A DNA stretch of 64,000 nucleotides from an uncultured virus (IMG/VR IMGVR_UViG_2850949226_000002). Taxonomy: Duplodnaviria > Heunggongvirae > Uroviricota > Caudoviricetes. Below are positions 16,445 through 26,667 of the stretch, one piece after another. Where the stretch lies: IMG/VR virus record IMGVR_UViG_2850949226_000002. One strand, written 5' to 3'. Under the pieces are notes generated by a model that was not told where the DNA came from, did no database searches, and saw nothing but the letters and a program-made list of their open reading frames with translations. Both the position numbers and the translations under genes were made by a program. Each line of letters starts with the position of its first letter. Position 1 is the stretch's first letter.

Positions 16445-18748
16445 ATGCGAATGGAACTCGGAAATCTACGGTTGAATCTTAGCGCTTTGACGCCTAAAAA
16501 TGACGAAGTTAAAAACGAAAAAGTTGCCGAAACAGCCAAGCGGAAAAAGAAGGCGAAAACGGCCGAACCGATCGAGGAAAGCTGGCGCCGCATATTCGCA
16601 AGCAAGCTATCGGAAACTGACCGCCAACGATTAAACGAAGTCAAGGCGGCAATGGACGCGGGCAAGCTCGCCAGGAATCCGTCTGACTGCGTGAACAAGG
16701 CCGGAAACCCGAAGGCGTTCAGCAAGGCGGAGGCCATGCGATTATGGAAGACGCTTCAAGAATCCCAGCGCGAAGAAACTTTGCGGAAGATGGTCGAGAA
16801 TACACCGGCAAACTACGAATTAATTACGACTGAAGCCCGATTCCAGGCTTTAATTGAGGCGTTAAGTAGCGAAGAAATTATCGCAGTGGATACCGAAACG
16901 ACCGGCGTTGATGTATATACGGATGTTATCGTCGGGCTTTCGCTCACGCTTCCGAGCGCTGACTGGCACGTTTATATACCGGTTGATCACGTAGATTGCG
17001 AGCAACTGAGTCGCGAATACGTGCTTGAAGGATTGGCGCCGGTATTTAACGATGAGTCGATCGGAAAAGTCCTGCACAACGCGATATTCGATATTGCGAT
17101 GGTTCGCCGACATGGATTCGAGCTGAAAGGCGTCGTTTGGGATACGATGACTGCGATGCACATGCTAAATGAAAACGAAGGTGATCGCACGTTGGGCGGT
17201 GCCGGATCATTTAAATTAAAAGACTTGGCGCCAAAATATCTAAAAACACCGGCAGATACGTTCGACGCTTTGTTTGGTCGGGACGCGCAATTCAAAGAAG
17301 TGCCATTAGACATCGCGCTAGTTTACGCAGCTAAAGATACGGAATTAACGTGGAAGCTGTACAAATTTCAACGTCAACACACGGAAAAAATGCCTACGAT
17401 TTTGGAGTATTACCAAACCGTTGAAATTCCATTGCTGTACGTAATTGTCGACTTAGAAGCTAACGGATATATCCTCGACTTGGATTTCGCAAAGGAATAC
17501 GGAGAAAAACTGCATAAGCGTGCGGAAGAGTTGCGGTCGGAATTAGTTACGGAGCTGACTCCGTTCCATGAAGGCGACGGTCCGTTAAATTTAAACTCAA
17601 CCCAACAGATGCGCCCTGCACTTTCTAAGGCGATCGGCAAAGAGCTTCCGAACATGGACGCAAAGAAAACATTAAAGCCGCTAAAAGGCGACCACGAAGT
17701 CATTGCAAAGTTGTTGGAGTACAAGAAAATTACGAAGCTCTCCGGTACCTACATTGAAACTCTGCCATTGAAGCAAAATCCGACAACTAAGCGTTGGCAT
17801 TCGCGCTTTAATCCGATGGGAACCGTAACGGGAAGATTCAGCTCCGGCAAGGATGATGAGGATAAAACAGATCAAGGCTTTAACGTACAGAATCAGCCTC
17901 AAGAAGCCCGACCGATGTTTAGCCCTCCTCCCGGAAAAGTGTTGCTGGGTGCCGACTTTAAAGCGCAGGAGATTCGGTGTGTGGCTTATTTATCCGGAGA
18001 GCCGGTACTGATAAACGCGTTTTTAGAGGAGCGCGATCCTTACGCTATGATGGCATCAAACTTCTATAAGCGTCCGTACGAGGAAGTCTATAAAAACGCC
18101 GATGGCTCAGACACTAAGGAGCGTAAGCAAATGAAGGTCGTGTGGTTAGCGACACTTTATGGGATGAGTGACTATTCTCTTGCGGATATGCTAGGCGTTA
18201 ATAAAAAAGAGGCGACAAAGTTTAAGGGTGAGCTATTCGGAAGTATGCCGAAGTTATCGGCTTGGCTAAAAGAAAACGAGGAGTTTGTGCGAAAAAACGG
18301 ATACGTTTGGGCTGATCTAAAGGCGCGAAAACGACGGCTTCCGGACGCTAAATTACCTCGAAAACCTATTCCGTATGGAAAATGGAATGATCCGAAATAT
18401 GAGGACGCCAGGAAACATAACTCGCGGATCAATCGTGCTTTGAGGCAGGCGACAAATGCCCGCGTTCAAGGATCGTCGTCTATACAAACGAAGGTCACGA
18501 TGATTAAGGCTCATGAATATTGCGCTAACAAACCGGGCTGGGCGCTGTGGTCAACGGTACATGACGAATTGATATTCGAAGTTCCGGAGGATTTTACGTG
18601 GGAGGAAGCGCAAGACATTCGCGATATCATGCTTAATTCATATCGTTGGGGAGACGTTGTACCTAACGGAACAGATATCGAAGTGATGCGAAGATGGGGC
18701 GAAGGAGTTCCCGTGGAAGAGTGGTTTAAAACGAAGGGAGACGATTAA
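16445..18748 (+). CDS. Family A DNA polymerase with 3'-5' exonuclease domain
   Basis: DTETTG, TVTGRFSS, ADFKAQEIR, R..MK......LYG and VHDE motifs. Confidence 0.95.
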   Translation: MRMELGNLRLNLSALTPKNDEVKNEKVAETAKRKKKAKTAEPIEESWRRIFASKLSETDRQRLNEVKAAMDAGKLARNPSDCVNKAGNPKAFSKAEAMRLWKTLQESQREETLRKMVENTPANYELITTEARFQALIEALSSEEIIAVDTETTGVDVYTDVIVGLSLTLPSADWHVYIPVDHVDCEQLSREYVLEGLAPVFNDESIGKVLHNAIFDIAMVRRHGFELKGVVWDTMTAMHMLNENEGDRTLGGAGSFKLKDLAPKYLKTPADTFDALFGRDAQFKEVPLDIALVYAAKDTELTWKLYKFQRQHTEKMPTILEYYQTVEIPLLYVIVDLEANGYILDLDFAKEYGEKLHKRAEELRSELVTELTPFHEGDGPLNLNSTQQMRPALSKAIGKELPNMDAKKTLKPLKGDHEVIAKLLEYKKITKLSGTYIETLPLKQNPTTKRWHSRFNPMGTVTGRFSSGKDDEDKTDQGFNVQNQPQEARPMFSPPPGKVLLGADFKAQEIRCVAYLSGEPVLINAFLEERDPYAMMASNFYKRPYEEVYKNADGSDTKERKQMKVVWLATLYGMSDYSLADMLGVNKKEATKFKGELFGSMPKLSAWLKENEEFVRKNGYVWADLKARKRRLPDAKLPRKPIPYGKWNDPKYEDARKHNSRINRALRQATNARVQGSSSIQTKVTMIKAHEYCANKPGWALWSTVHDELIFEVPEDFTWEEAQDIRDIMLNSYRWGDVVPNGTDIEVMRRWGEGVPVEEWFKTKGDD

Positions 18749-19798
18749 TTGACGAATATAAACGGAAGATCAGCCGCAAATTCACTGCGGGCACACATAA
18801 AAGAACCGACCACATACGCGCAGCAGATTGCGGACGAATTGGTCGAATATCTAAACGAATGGCACTCGCTGCCGGAGACGTGGGATAACGCCCTGGACGC
18901 GCAGATTCATAAATGGTACGCCAATGCTCCGAAAGTATTTCCGAAGAAGCCGTATTTCTCACCGTCATCTGCTAACGCTTGCCCGCGCGAGCTTTACCAT
19001 AAAGCGATCGGATCTCCGAGGGACGAAACGAAAAAGCCTCCGTATCAAGGACGGTGGACTCGAATCGGTACAGCGATCGGCGACGTAATCCAGCGCGACA
19101 TTCTCTTCATGGAAAAACACTTCGAGAAGAAGACTGGCCGCCCCTGTCCGTTCAGCTTCGAAAAGAACGAAGACGGCACGCCGATGTTCGAGGATTTCGC
19201 GAAAAGGAATCATCCGGTCACACATCGCGGATACTCGTTCAACCTTTACGGAACGTGCGATGGCATCATGCGCTACGTAACGGAAGACGGCGAAGTGATG
19301 CGCGTCGGCCTCGAGATTAAATCGAAGCAGACTACCGCTGCAAAGACGTCCCTCCATTCGATGCGGCAGCCGGAAGAAAAGCACGTCAAGCAATGCGTCG
19401 CCTACGGTCCGATGTACGGCGTCGACCTTTACGTCATCCTCTACGTGAACGCGGCTAAGAAATCGTGGGTGTATCCGGAAGGAGAGTTCGAAAAGTCTCC
19501 GGATATGCGGGCGTTCGGCATCGAAATTACGGAAGAAGACGTCGAGCAGCTATTCGATAGATTCGTAGAGATCCGCAAGTCTGTCGAGGAGGGCTCGCCT
19601 TTACCGTTGGATCTGAACGGCTGGACGTTTAACGGATACAAAACGGCGATTGCGAAGTCGTTGACTGACGAAGAACTGGCGGAGCTTCGCGCAAAGGTGT
19701 CGCAGGTACGGAGATCGAACGTATACGAATCTACGAAACGGCAGTACGTTGAGGCGCTCGAATTTATCGAAAGAGTACGCAAAGGGGAGGCGGTTTGA
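18749..19798 (+). CDS. Cas4-like/PD-(D/E)XK exonuclease
   Basis: FSPSS...CPRELY, GTCDG, LEIKS, Q...Y motifs. Confidence 0.8.
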   Translation: MTNINGRSAANSLRAHIKEPTTYAQQIADELVEYLNEWHSLPETWDNALDAQIHKWYANAPKVFPKKPYFSPSSANACPRELYHKAIGSPRDETKKPPYQGRWTRIGTAIGDVIQRDILFMEKHFEKKTGRPCPFSFEKNEDGTPMFEDFAKRNHPVTHRGYSFNLYGTCDGIMRYVTEDGEVMRVGLEIKSKQTTAAKTSLHSMRQPEEKHVKQCVAYGPMYGVDLYVILYVNAAKKSWVYPEGEFEKSPDMRAFGIEITEEDVEQLFDRFVEIRKSVEEGSPLPLDLNGWTFNGYKTAIAKSLTDEELAELRAKVSQVRRSNVYESTKRQYVEALEFIERVRKGEAV

Positions 19799-20118
19799 TG
19801 GCGGGAAAGATTAAAGTTTACTACTGTAGCGCGTGTGATGCTGAAGTTAAAAATCCGTACTTTCTGCGACATCATTGCGGAAATGACCTCAAATTAATGG
19901 AACGTGAGAAAAAACGTGAGACAGGTCGTTTTGAAGTGGTCGATTGGTTTTCTACGAGATCAAGCGCTGGTCTAGTTATCGAAGATAAATCGCAAGATAT
20001 TAGGTGCGAGATTTTCATGAGCGATCTGTTTAAGTACCTAGAAGGCGTAAATCTTGGCGAAATCACCTTAGAGGAGACGAAAAAAGGGTCCGCCTATTCA
20101 TGGAAGGTCGTAGAATGA
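19795..20118 (+). CDS. Hypothetical zinc-ribbon protein
   Basis: CSAC...HCG. Confidence 0.7.
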   Translation: MMAGKIKVYYCSACDAEVKNPYFLRHHCGNDLKLMEREKKRETGRFEVVDWFSTRSSAGLVIEDKSQDIRCEIFMSDLFKYLEGVNLGEITLEETKKGSAYSWKVVE

Positions 20119-20633
20119 CTAGCGCCAAGCCTATCCGGGTCCTCGGCCTTGACCTTTCGTTAACATCGCCGGGATTCGCAATCATCGAAGCAAAGGGCGG
20201 AAAAGCTCGCCTCATAAAATCCGCCCACTTTAAAACGTCCGCATCAACCGATCAGCCATTGCGCTACGAAGAGATCGAAGCGTTTACGCTACTGTTTGTT
20301 CGCGACAACCAACCGTTCGATGTGATCGTTCGGGAGATTTGGCCGCCGAGCCGCAACTATGCGCAGAACAATAAGATTCACGGAACCTGGTCGTCAGTTG
20401 AGCGGGCGCTACACCGATACGGATACGATATCGACGTCCATGTTACGCCGGCCAACGTTAAAAAGACGGTCACCGGCAATGGAAGCGCAAAGAAGCCGCA
20501 AGTTGCCGAGAGCGTGCGCGAATGGCTCGGTTTGTCGGCCGACCACAAATTCGCAACAGACGATCATAGCGATGCTTGTGCGGTGGCGCTTACGTATCTG
20601 ATTCGCGAGAAGATTATTAAACCGAAGGAGTGA
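20115..20633 (+). CDS. ruvC: RuvC-like Holliday junction resolvase
   Basis: LGLDLS, VKKTVTGNGSAKK and DHSDA motifs. Confidence 0.9.
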   Translation: MTSAKPIRVLGLDLSLTSPGFAIIEAKGGKARLIKSAHFKTSASTDQPLRYEEIEAFTLLFVRDNQPFDVIVREIWPPSRNYAQNNKIHGTWSSVERALHRYGYDIDVHVTPANVKKTVTGNGSAKKPQVAESVREWLGLSADHKFATDDHSDACAVALTYLIREKIIKPKE

Positions 20634-21004
20634 GTCGAATGGATAAAGCGATGGAGTATATCGATAAGCTGGCGGCAAAGCTCGGAGTCGCAGCCGAGCA
20701 TGTATACGGAGTTCTCGTTAAGCAGGCGGTTGCTAACGGTGTGACTGCTGTAATTATCGGAGCCGTTTTTCTAATGATCGCAGTGGTCGCGGGAGTCATA
20801 ATTACGAAGATGACTATAAAGATGTATGGGGAGCGGCATTGTAATTGGGATTACGAATGGTTTTTCGTGGTGCTTGCTGTCGGTTTTTTAGTGGTTCCTC
20901 CGGGAGGATTCGGTATTTATGCGATCACCGAAGGAATCAAAGCGTTAATCAATCCGGAATACTACGCGATCAAGGAAATCCTCGACACGATCGGAGGGAA
21001 GTGA
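20630..21004 (+). CDS. Two-TM membrane protein
   Basis: LAAKLGVAAEHVYGVLVKQA...NPEYYAI phage family pattern. Confidence 0.75.
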   Translation: MSRMDKAMEYIDKLAAKLGVAAEHVYGVLVKQAVANGVTAVIIGAVFLMIAVVAGVIITKMTIKMYGERHCNWDYEWFFVVLAVGFLVVPPGGFGIYAITEGIKALINPEYYAIKEILDTIGGK

Positions 21005-21008
21005 TCGA

Positions 21009-21266
21009 ATGTTTAAGCAGCGACTTATCGAAGCCCTAACGATCGTTGCGCTAATCGGTCTGAGTGTCGCGGGAGGATGTATCGGATATTTTGTCACTAA
21101 TTTTCTACTCGCGATTCCGGTTATTGGTGTGATTGTTTGGGTCGTTATAAGTATCATAGCAGTCTTCATGGTGGCGGTAGTTATCTGTGGCAGCGCTGTC
21201 CGGCTACAAAACGCCTATCTCGAACACAAACACGTTCAAAAGGACGTAGAGGAGGAGACGAAATGA
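21009..21266 (+). CDS. Membrane protein
   Basis: Two hydrophobic segments. Confidence 0.7.
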   Translation: MFKQRLIEALTIVALIGLSVAGGCIGYFVTNFLLAIPVIGVIVWVVISIIAVFMVAVVICGSAVRLQNAYLEHKHVQKDVEEETK

Positions 21267-21457
21267 AAAACGGTTATTTCATTATTGCGGGTAAAGAGGA
21301 AGGCTTTTCGTATAAAGATGCGGAGATACTCCGTGTGGAGTCTGATACGGATGCAGAAGCGACGGTCAATTCGCTCAGGGGGTCCGGTTACAAGATCTTT
21401 TATATTACGAAAACGATCGGACACATTGACGATATTGTCGGAGTTGTTAACCGATGA
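21263..21457 (+). CDS. Hypothetical protein
   Basis: RBS GAGGAG; ATGA coupling. Confidence 0.65.
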   Translation: MKNGYFIIAGKEEGFSYKDAEILRVESDTDAEATVNSLRGSGYKIFYITKTIGHIDDIVGVVNR

Positions 21458-21654
21458 CCTACGAATGCTGCGGCGTCCCGGTCGCACAGTTGCGACAGTC
21501 CTTACGGTGGCTTGACGAACAACTTACAGATGTTGATTACGCAATCAGCCGGCACGATACGAAGCTGAGCGAATTGAAAAACGAGCGTGACCGGATTCTG
21601 GCGCAAAAAGACGAAATAGAGGCGGAACTAAAACGGAAGGAGTCGATCGAATGA
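21454..21654 (+). CDS. Small coiled-coil protein
   Basis: Coupled ORF. Confidence 0.65.
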   Translation: MTYECCGVPVAQLRQSLRWLDEQLTDVDYAISRHDTKLSELKNERDRILAQKDEIEAELKRKESIE

Positions 21655-21800
21655 CATACGTTGCGATAGCGTGTCTGCTTTTCTTTACGGTAATGTTACT
21701 GCCGATTGAAGCGAAAACTACCGCAGATAAGCTCGCGAAAGCCGCCGTCCTGATTATGTACGCGATTCCTATCGGAGTATTGGTGGCGTCTTTATGCTAA
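21651..21800 (+). CDS. Small membrane protein (49 aa, not in ORF track)
   Basis: RBS GAAGGAG; MTYVAIACLLFFTVMLLP... Confidence 0.6.
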   Translation: MTYVAIACLLFFTVMLLPIEAKTTADKLAKAAVLIMYAIPIGVLVASLC

Positions 21801-22156
21801 TCGCCTACTACTCGCTGGCCGGAAACGTCCGTCGATTCGTAGCCAAGACCGGCCTGCCTGCGGTCGAAATCAAGGCGGATATGCTCTTAACGGAGCCGTT
21901 CGTCTTGGTAACGGGAACTTACGGATTCGGCCAGGTCGCCGGCACCGTTTGGGATTTCCTCGCGGACAATGGCGATTTAATGGCGGGCGTGGCTGCGTCA
22001 GGCAATCGTAACTGGGGCGATAATTTCGCAAAGGCGGCGGATCTGATTGCGGAAGAATACGGAGTGCCGATCGTTCTCAAGTTTGAGTTGGCGGGCACGG
22101 CGGAGGATGTCGCTAAAGTTCGCGAGTTTGTGAGCGAATATTTACGGAAAGGGTGA
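21794..22156 (+). CDS. nrdI: Class Ib ribonucleotide reductase flavodoxin NrdI
   Basis: YSLAGNVRRF, TYGFG, SGNRNWG, KFEL motifs. Confidence 0.93.
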   Translation: MLIAYYSLAGNVRRFVAKTGLPAVEIKADMLLTEPFVLVTGTYGFGQVAGTVWDFLADNGDLMAGVAASGNRNWGDNFAKAADLIAEEYGVPIVLKFELAGTAEDVAKVREFVSEYLRKG

Positions 22157-22162
22157 GAGCTA

Positions 22163-24262
22163 TTGACGAATAAACACGCGAAGTATATCGAACTTAATAA
22201 CGAAATTATGATACGGAAGAACGGCGGCTTTCAATTCGAAAAGGATGCCGAAGCCGTCCGCAGTTATTTCATAGATTACGTGAATCAGAATACGGTCTTT
22301 TTCCACGATCTGCGCGAAAAGCTCGACTATCTGATCGAGAACGACTATTACGAACGCGAAGTCTTCGAGCCGTATACGTTCGACGAAATCAAAGCGGTCT
22401 ACAAGGCGGCATACGCGAAGAAGTTCCGTTTTCCTTCGTTCATGAGTGCGTTCAAGTTTTACAACGATTATGCGCTCAAGACGAACGATAAGAAGAAGAT
22501 CCTCGAACGCTATGAAGACCGGATCGCTGTCTGTGCGCTATTCTTTGCGAAAGGAGACGCAGCCAAGGCGATCGAGTTTGCGGAAATGATGATCCGTCAA
22601 GAATACCAACCGGCCACGCCGACGTTCTTGAATGCCGGCCGCAAACGCCGCGGCGAACTTGTATCGTGTTTCCTTCTTGAAGTGGGCGACTCGCTGAACG
22701 ATATTCAAATGGCGATCGGAACAGCGATGCAACTATCGAAGATGGGCGGAGGCGTAAGTTTGAATTTATCGAAGCTACGCGCGAAAGGTGAATCGATCAA
22801 AGGGATCGAGAACGTGACGAAGGGCGTCGTTGGAGTCATGAAACTCCTCGATAATGCCTTCCGCTATGCAGATCAGCAAGGCGCGCGTTCTGGGGCAGGA
22901 GCTGCGTATTTGAACGTATTCCATCGCGATATCAACGATTTCCTCGACACCAAGAAGATCAGCGCAGATGAAGACGTCCGGGTCAAGACGTTGTCGATCG
23001 GCGTTGTCATTCCGGATAAATTCATCGAACTAGCGCGAGAAGATCGTCCAGCTTACGTTTTCTACCCGCACACGGTTTATAAGGCATACGGCACGCATCT
23101 TGACGACATGGATATTGGCGCAATGTACGATGAACTCGTAGATAATCCGGCGGTGCGCAAGGAACGCATTAACCCACGTCAGTTGCTCGAAAAGATGGCC
23201 GTGCTGCGTTCCGAATCAGGCTATCCGTATCTAATGTTTCAAGATAATGTGAACCGAGAACATGCGCTTAATCACATTTCGAAGGTTAAATTTTCCAACC
23301 TCTGTTCAGAAATTTGTCAAGCGTCTAAAGTATCCGAATACACCGACTACGGCGAAGAGGACGCGATCGGCCTCGACATTTCGTGCAATCTCGGCTCGCT
23401 GAACATTGCGAACGTGATGGCGAATAAGTCGATCGAGCAAACGGTTAAGCTCGCTGTTGATGCGCTGACGGTCGTATCGGAATCAACGAATATCAAGAAC
23501 GCGCCTGCAGTCGCTAAGGCTAACCGTCAGATGCGTTCGATCGGACTTGGCGCGATGAATCTGCACGGATATCTTGCGCAGAATGGGATCGCTTATGAAT
23601 CGGAAGAGGCGCGGGACTTCGCTAACGTATTCTTTGCGCTCGTCAATTATTGGTCGCTTGTGCGTTCGATGGAGCTCGCAAAAGAAACCGGCAGCACGTT
23701 CGAGGGATTCGAAGGATCAACGTATGCGGACGGCAGCTACTTCGATAAGTACGTCGCGGGAGATTTTCGTCCTAAAACGGAGAAGGTCGCGAAGCTGTTT
23801 GAAGGCGTTGAAATTCCGGAACGCATCGATTGGGTTCGGCTGGAGGATAACGTACGGAAACACGGACTCTATCATTCGTATAGACTAGCGATCGCACCGA
23901 CGGGATCTATTTCGTATGTGCAGTCGGCTACAGCGTCGGTCATGCCGATTATGGAGCGAATCGAAGAGCGTACGTACGGCAATTCGAAGACGTATTATCC
24001 TATGCCGGGGCTATCGCCGCAGAATTGGTTCTTCTACAAGGAAGCGTACGACATGGATATGTTTAAAGTCGTCGATATGATCGCAACGATTCAGCAGCAC
24101 GTCGATCAAGGCATCTCATTTACGCTGTTCCTGAAGGATACGATGACGACACGCGATCTGAACCGAATTGACCTATACGCACATCACAAAGGGATCAAGA
24201 CGCTGTATTATGCGCGGACTAAAGATACGGGGCAGGAAGGTTGCCTGTCATGCGTGGTTTAA
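22163..24262 (+). CDS. nrdE: Class Ib ribonucleotide reductase alpha subunit
   Basis: PATPTFLN, SCF, SNLCSE, APTGS, LYY and C-terminal CLSC; uninterrupted. Confidence 0.97.
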   Translation: MTNKHAKYIELNNEIMIRKNGGFQFEKDAEAVRSYFIDYVNQNTVFFHDLREKLDYLIENDYYEREVFEPYTFDEIKAVYKAAYAKKFRFPSFMSAFKFYNDYALKTNDKKKILERYEDRIAVCALFFAKGDAAKAIEFAEMMIRQEYQPATPTFLNAGRKRRGELVSCFLLEVGDSLNDIQMAIGTAMQLSKMGGGVSLNLSKLRAKGESIKGIENVTKGVVGVMKLLDNAFRYADQQGARSGAGAAYLNVFHRDINDFLDTKKISADEDVRVKTLSIGVVIPDKFIELAREDRPAYVFYPHTVYKAYGTHLDDMDIGAMYDELVDNPAVRKERINPRQLLEKMAVLRSESGYPYLMFQDNVNREHALNHISKVKFSNLCSEICQASKVSEYTDYGEEDAIGLDISCNLGSLNIANVMANKSIEQTVKLAVDALTVVSESTNIKNAPAVAKANRQMRSIGLGAMNLHGYLAQNGIAYESEEARDFANVFFALVNYWSLVRSMELAKETGSTFEGFEGSTYADGSYFDKYVAGDFRPKTEKVAKLFEGVEIPERIDWVRLEDNVRKHGLYHSYRLAIAPTGSISYVQSATASVMPIMERIEERTYGNSKTYYPMPGLSPQNWFFYKEAYDMDMFKVVDMIATIQQHVDQGISFTLFLKDTMTTRDLNRIDLYAHHKGIKTLYYARTKDTGQEGCLSCVV

Positions 24263-24281
24263 ATTATCAGATTGATAGGAG

Positions 24282-24626
24282 GTGGTATTGATAGTGAGCG
24301 AACCAACTAATTTCGTTAAGGTTTACTGCGATCTCATTTTGAAGAAAATCGCATCGAACATACTCTCTAATCAAAACAAGAAAACAAAAGCCTTAAATAT
24401 AGCTATGAAAACAGCCGAAACAGGGCAACAAGTCAGAACAGCGAGGCATTGGCGAGCGGTGGGAGACATTGAATTTTACTACGAGGAAATCCAAAAAGGA
24501 TTTCAGCAAATGAAGGAGCTTGATGAATTAACCGGGTGGAGCGAGAACTTGCATCAAGACAGGTTTAAGTTCATGCGAGATAAATATGAAGACATATTGA
24601 ACGAATATTTAAGCAGACGCAGCTAG
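24282..24626 (+). CDS. Hypothetical protein inserted between nrdE and nrdF
   Basis: RBS AGGAGGT; AT-richer than neighbours; start uncertain. Confidence 0.65.
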   Translation: MVLIVSEPTNFVKVYCDLILKKIASNILSNQNKKTKALNIAMKTAETGQQVRTARHWRAVGDIEFYYEEIQKGFQQMKELDELTGWSENLHQDRFKFMRDKYEDILNEYLSRRS

Positions 24627-24664
24627 TAAATCCGAAAAATAACAAAAAGAAGGAGGACGAATAA

Positions 24665-25633
24665 TTGACGGAATATACAGCAGCAAACTGGTCGCAACAC
24701 GAAGACGGATTCACGCAGATGTTTTACGAACAGAACGTTAAGCAGTTTTGGCTTCCGGAGGAAATCGCTCTAAACGGCGACCTCCTAACGTGGAAGTATC
24801 TCGGTACCAACGAACAGGACACATACATGAAAGTGCTCGCGGGTCTAACGCTGCTCGACACGGAGCAAGGGAACGAAGGTATGCCGCTAATTGCCGCCCA
24901 GGTATCCGGCCACCAACGTAAAGCCGTCCTAAATTTTATGGCGATGATGGAAAACGCAGTCCATGCGAAGTCGTATTCGAACATCTTCATGACGCTAGCG
25001 CCAACGGAGAAGATAACGGAACTTTTCGAATGGGTGAAGACGAATCGATACCTGCAGCGGAAAGCCGCAATCATTGGCGGATTGTATAACGCGATTGAGG
25101 CAGGCGATGACATTTCGTTATACAAAGCGATGGTTGCGTCAGTCTACCTCGAAAGCTTCCTTTTCTACAGCGGCTTTTACTATCCGTTATATTTCTACGG
25201 TCAAGGAAAGCTGATGAACAGCGGCGAGATCATTAATTTGATAATCCGCGATGAAGCGATTCATGGTGTTTATGTCGGTTTGCTTGCGCAGGAAATTTAC
25301 AATCGCCAGTCACCGGGCGTACAGATCGAATTGCGCGACTTTGCCGTCGAATTGCTTGCGGAACTCTACGAGAATGAGGCCGCCTACACCGAAGACCTGT
25401 ACGACCAAGTCGGACTGACTCACGACGTTAAGAAGTTCGTGCGATACAACGGAAACAAGGCGCTGGCTAACCTCGGATTCGATCCGTATTTCGAAGATGA
25501 AACGGTAAATCCGATCGTGCTGAACGGGTTGGATACGAAGACGAAATCGCATGACTTCTTTTCGATGAAAGGTAACGGATACAAAAAAGCGACGGTCGAG
25601 CCGTTGCAGGACAGCGATTTCTATTTCGAGTAA
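24665..25633 (+). CDS. nrdF: Class Ib ribonucleotide reductase beta subunit
   Basis: [28 protein letters not shown] motifs. Confidence 0.97.
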   Translation: MTEYTAANWSQHEDGFTQMFYEQNVKQFWLPEEIALNGDLLTWKYLGTNEQDTYMKVLAGLTLLDTEQGNEGMPLIAAQVSGHQRKAVLNFMAMMENAVHAKSYSNIFMTLAPTEKITELFEWVKTNRYLQRKAAIIGGLYNAIEAGDDISLYKAMVASVYLESFLFYSGFYYPLYFYGQGKLMNSGEIINLIIRDEAIHGVYVGLLAQEIYNRQSPGVQIELRDFAVELLAELYENEAAYTEDLYDQVGLTHDVKKFVRYNGNKALANLGFDPYFEDETVNPIVLNGLDTKTKSHDFFSMKGNGYKKATVEPLQDSDFYFE

Positions 25634-25634
25634 G

Positions 25635-25665
25635 CGTCCATTAACGAAAGTATATTCGCAGTTAT
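25635..25665 (+). promoter_or_regulatory. Copy of the 1-kb tandem promoter-like motif upstream of dut
   Basis: CGTCC-N6-GAAAGT-N5-CGCAGTTAT. Confidence 0.65.
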
Positions 25666-25683
25666 TAACGAGGAGGGTTTCGT

Positions 25684-26265
25684 ATGAACGTAAACATTAA
25701 ACGCCTATCACCCGATGCAAAAATCCCGCAATATGCTCACGCTTCAGACGCCTGCTTCGACCTGGTTGCGGCAGAAGACGTCGTTATCGAGCCGGGAGAA
25801 ACCGCGCTAGTCAAAACGGGGCTAGCGTTCGAGGTTCCGGAAGGCTACGAAATGCAGATTCGGCCACGCTCCGGCATTACGCTGAAGACGAAGCTTCGCG
25901 TTCAGCTCGGTACAGTTGACGCGGGATATCGGGGCGAGGTCGGAGTGGTTGTCGATAATATTGCGCAATGGATTTACGATACTAACGAGGCCGGCACACT
26001 CATAAATGTTTGCCGAGGGTATGCGGAAAGTGTGAGCGGAACATTGGTCGACATACCTTACGAAATTGTCGGTGCGGGAACGTACATCATCCGCAAAGGA
26101 GATCGCATTGCCCAGGCCGTAATTAAGCCGGTCGAGCAGGCGGCATTTACGGAAGTAGCCGAGTTGGGCGATAGCGATCGGGGAGCGGGCGGTTTCGGGA
26201 GTAGCGGTGTCGGAAGTCCCCATCCGGAATATTTCGGAGAGCCGATCGGAAAGGAGCTGATATAA
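25684..26265 (+). CDS. dut: Trimeric dUTPase with internal insertion
   Basis: ACFDL, RPRSG, GTVDAGYRG, GDRIAQ, RGAGGFGSSG motifs. Confidence 0.95.
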   Translation: MNVNIKRLSPDAKIPQYAHASDACFDLVAAEDVVIEPGETALVKTGLAFEVPEGYEMQIRPRSGITLKTKLRVQLGTVDAGYRGEVGVVVDNIAQWIYDTNEAGTLINVCRGYAESVSGTLVDIPYEIVGAGTYIIRKGDRIAQAVIKPVEQAAFTEVAELGDSDRGAGGFGSSGVGSPHPEYFGEPIGKELI

Positions 26266-26492
26266 TGCCGCAAACATACGCATGTTTCATTAACGGAAAG
26301 TTTTACGGCGCGGGCGATCTCGAATATATGAACGAACTGTTTCGCGATTATGTTGTCACTTCCGAAATGTACGGAAAAGACGATTGCACTTTTCGGATCA
26401 CAACGAAAGAGAAAGCGAGAGAAATAGTTACGCAATCTATTAACGACCAATACCGAAGAGTTTTCGAAAGTCTAGCGAAGGAGGACGAATAA
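26265..26492 (+). CDS. Hypothetical protein
   Basis: RBS AAGGAG; coupled. Confidence 0.7.
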   Translation: MPQTYACFINGKFYGAGDLEYMNELFRDYVVTSEMYGKDDCTFRITTKEKAREIVTQSINDQYRRVFESLAKEDE

Positions 26493-26663
26493 ATGGCGGA
26501 AACCAAAATGAACGTACAGCTAATCGCCCATACACTAGTTTCAGAGAAATTTGCGAAAATGTTCGCGCTTAACGAAACTAAGGACGCATTGACCGATGTT
26601 GGAGAATTATTTCGCGAAGGTGAATTCTTTTTTATTCGCGAAGAACAGCTAAGAAAGGACTGA
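26493..26663 (+). pseudogene. thyX: Probable thyX remnant (56 codons)
   Basis: N-terminus MNVQLIAHT resembles ThyX starts; located in the nucleotide-metabolism block; catalytic core absent. Confidence 0.45.
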
Positions 26664-26667
26664 TTTT

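Noticed and set aside
18749..19798. Cas4-like gene as part of a CRISPR-Cas system
   Set aside because: It stands alone in the replication block beside the polymerase, as is usual for phage exonucleases
22163..25633. Group I intron or intein in nrdE/nrdF as in SPbeta
   Set aside because: Both ORFs are continuous and of normal length
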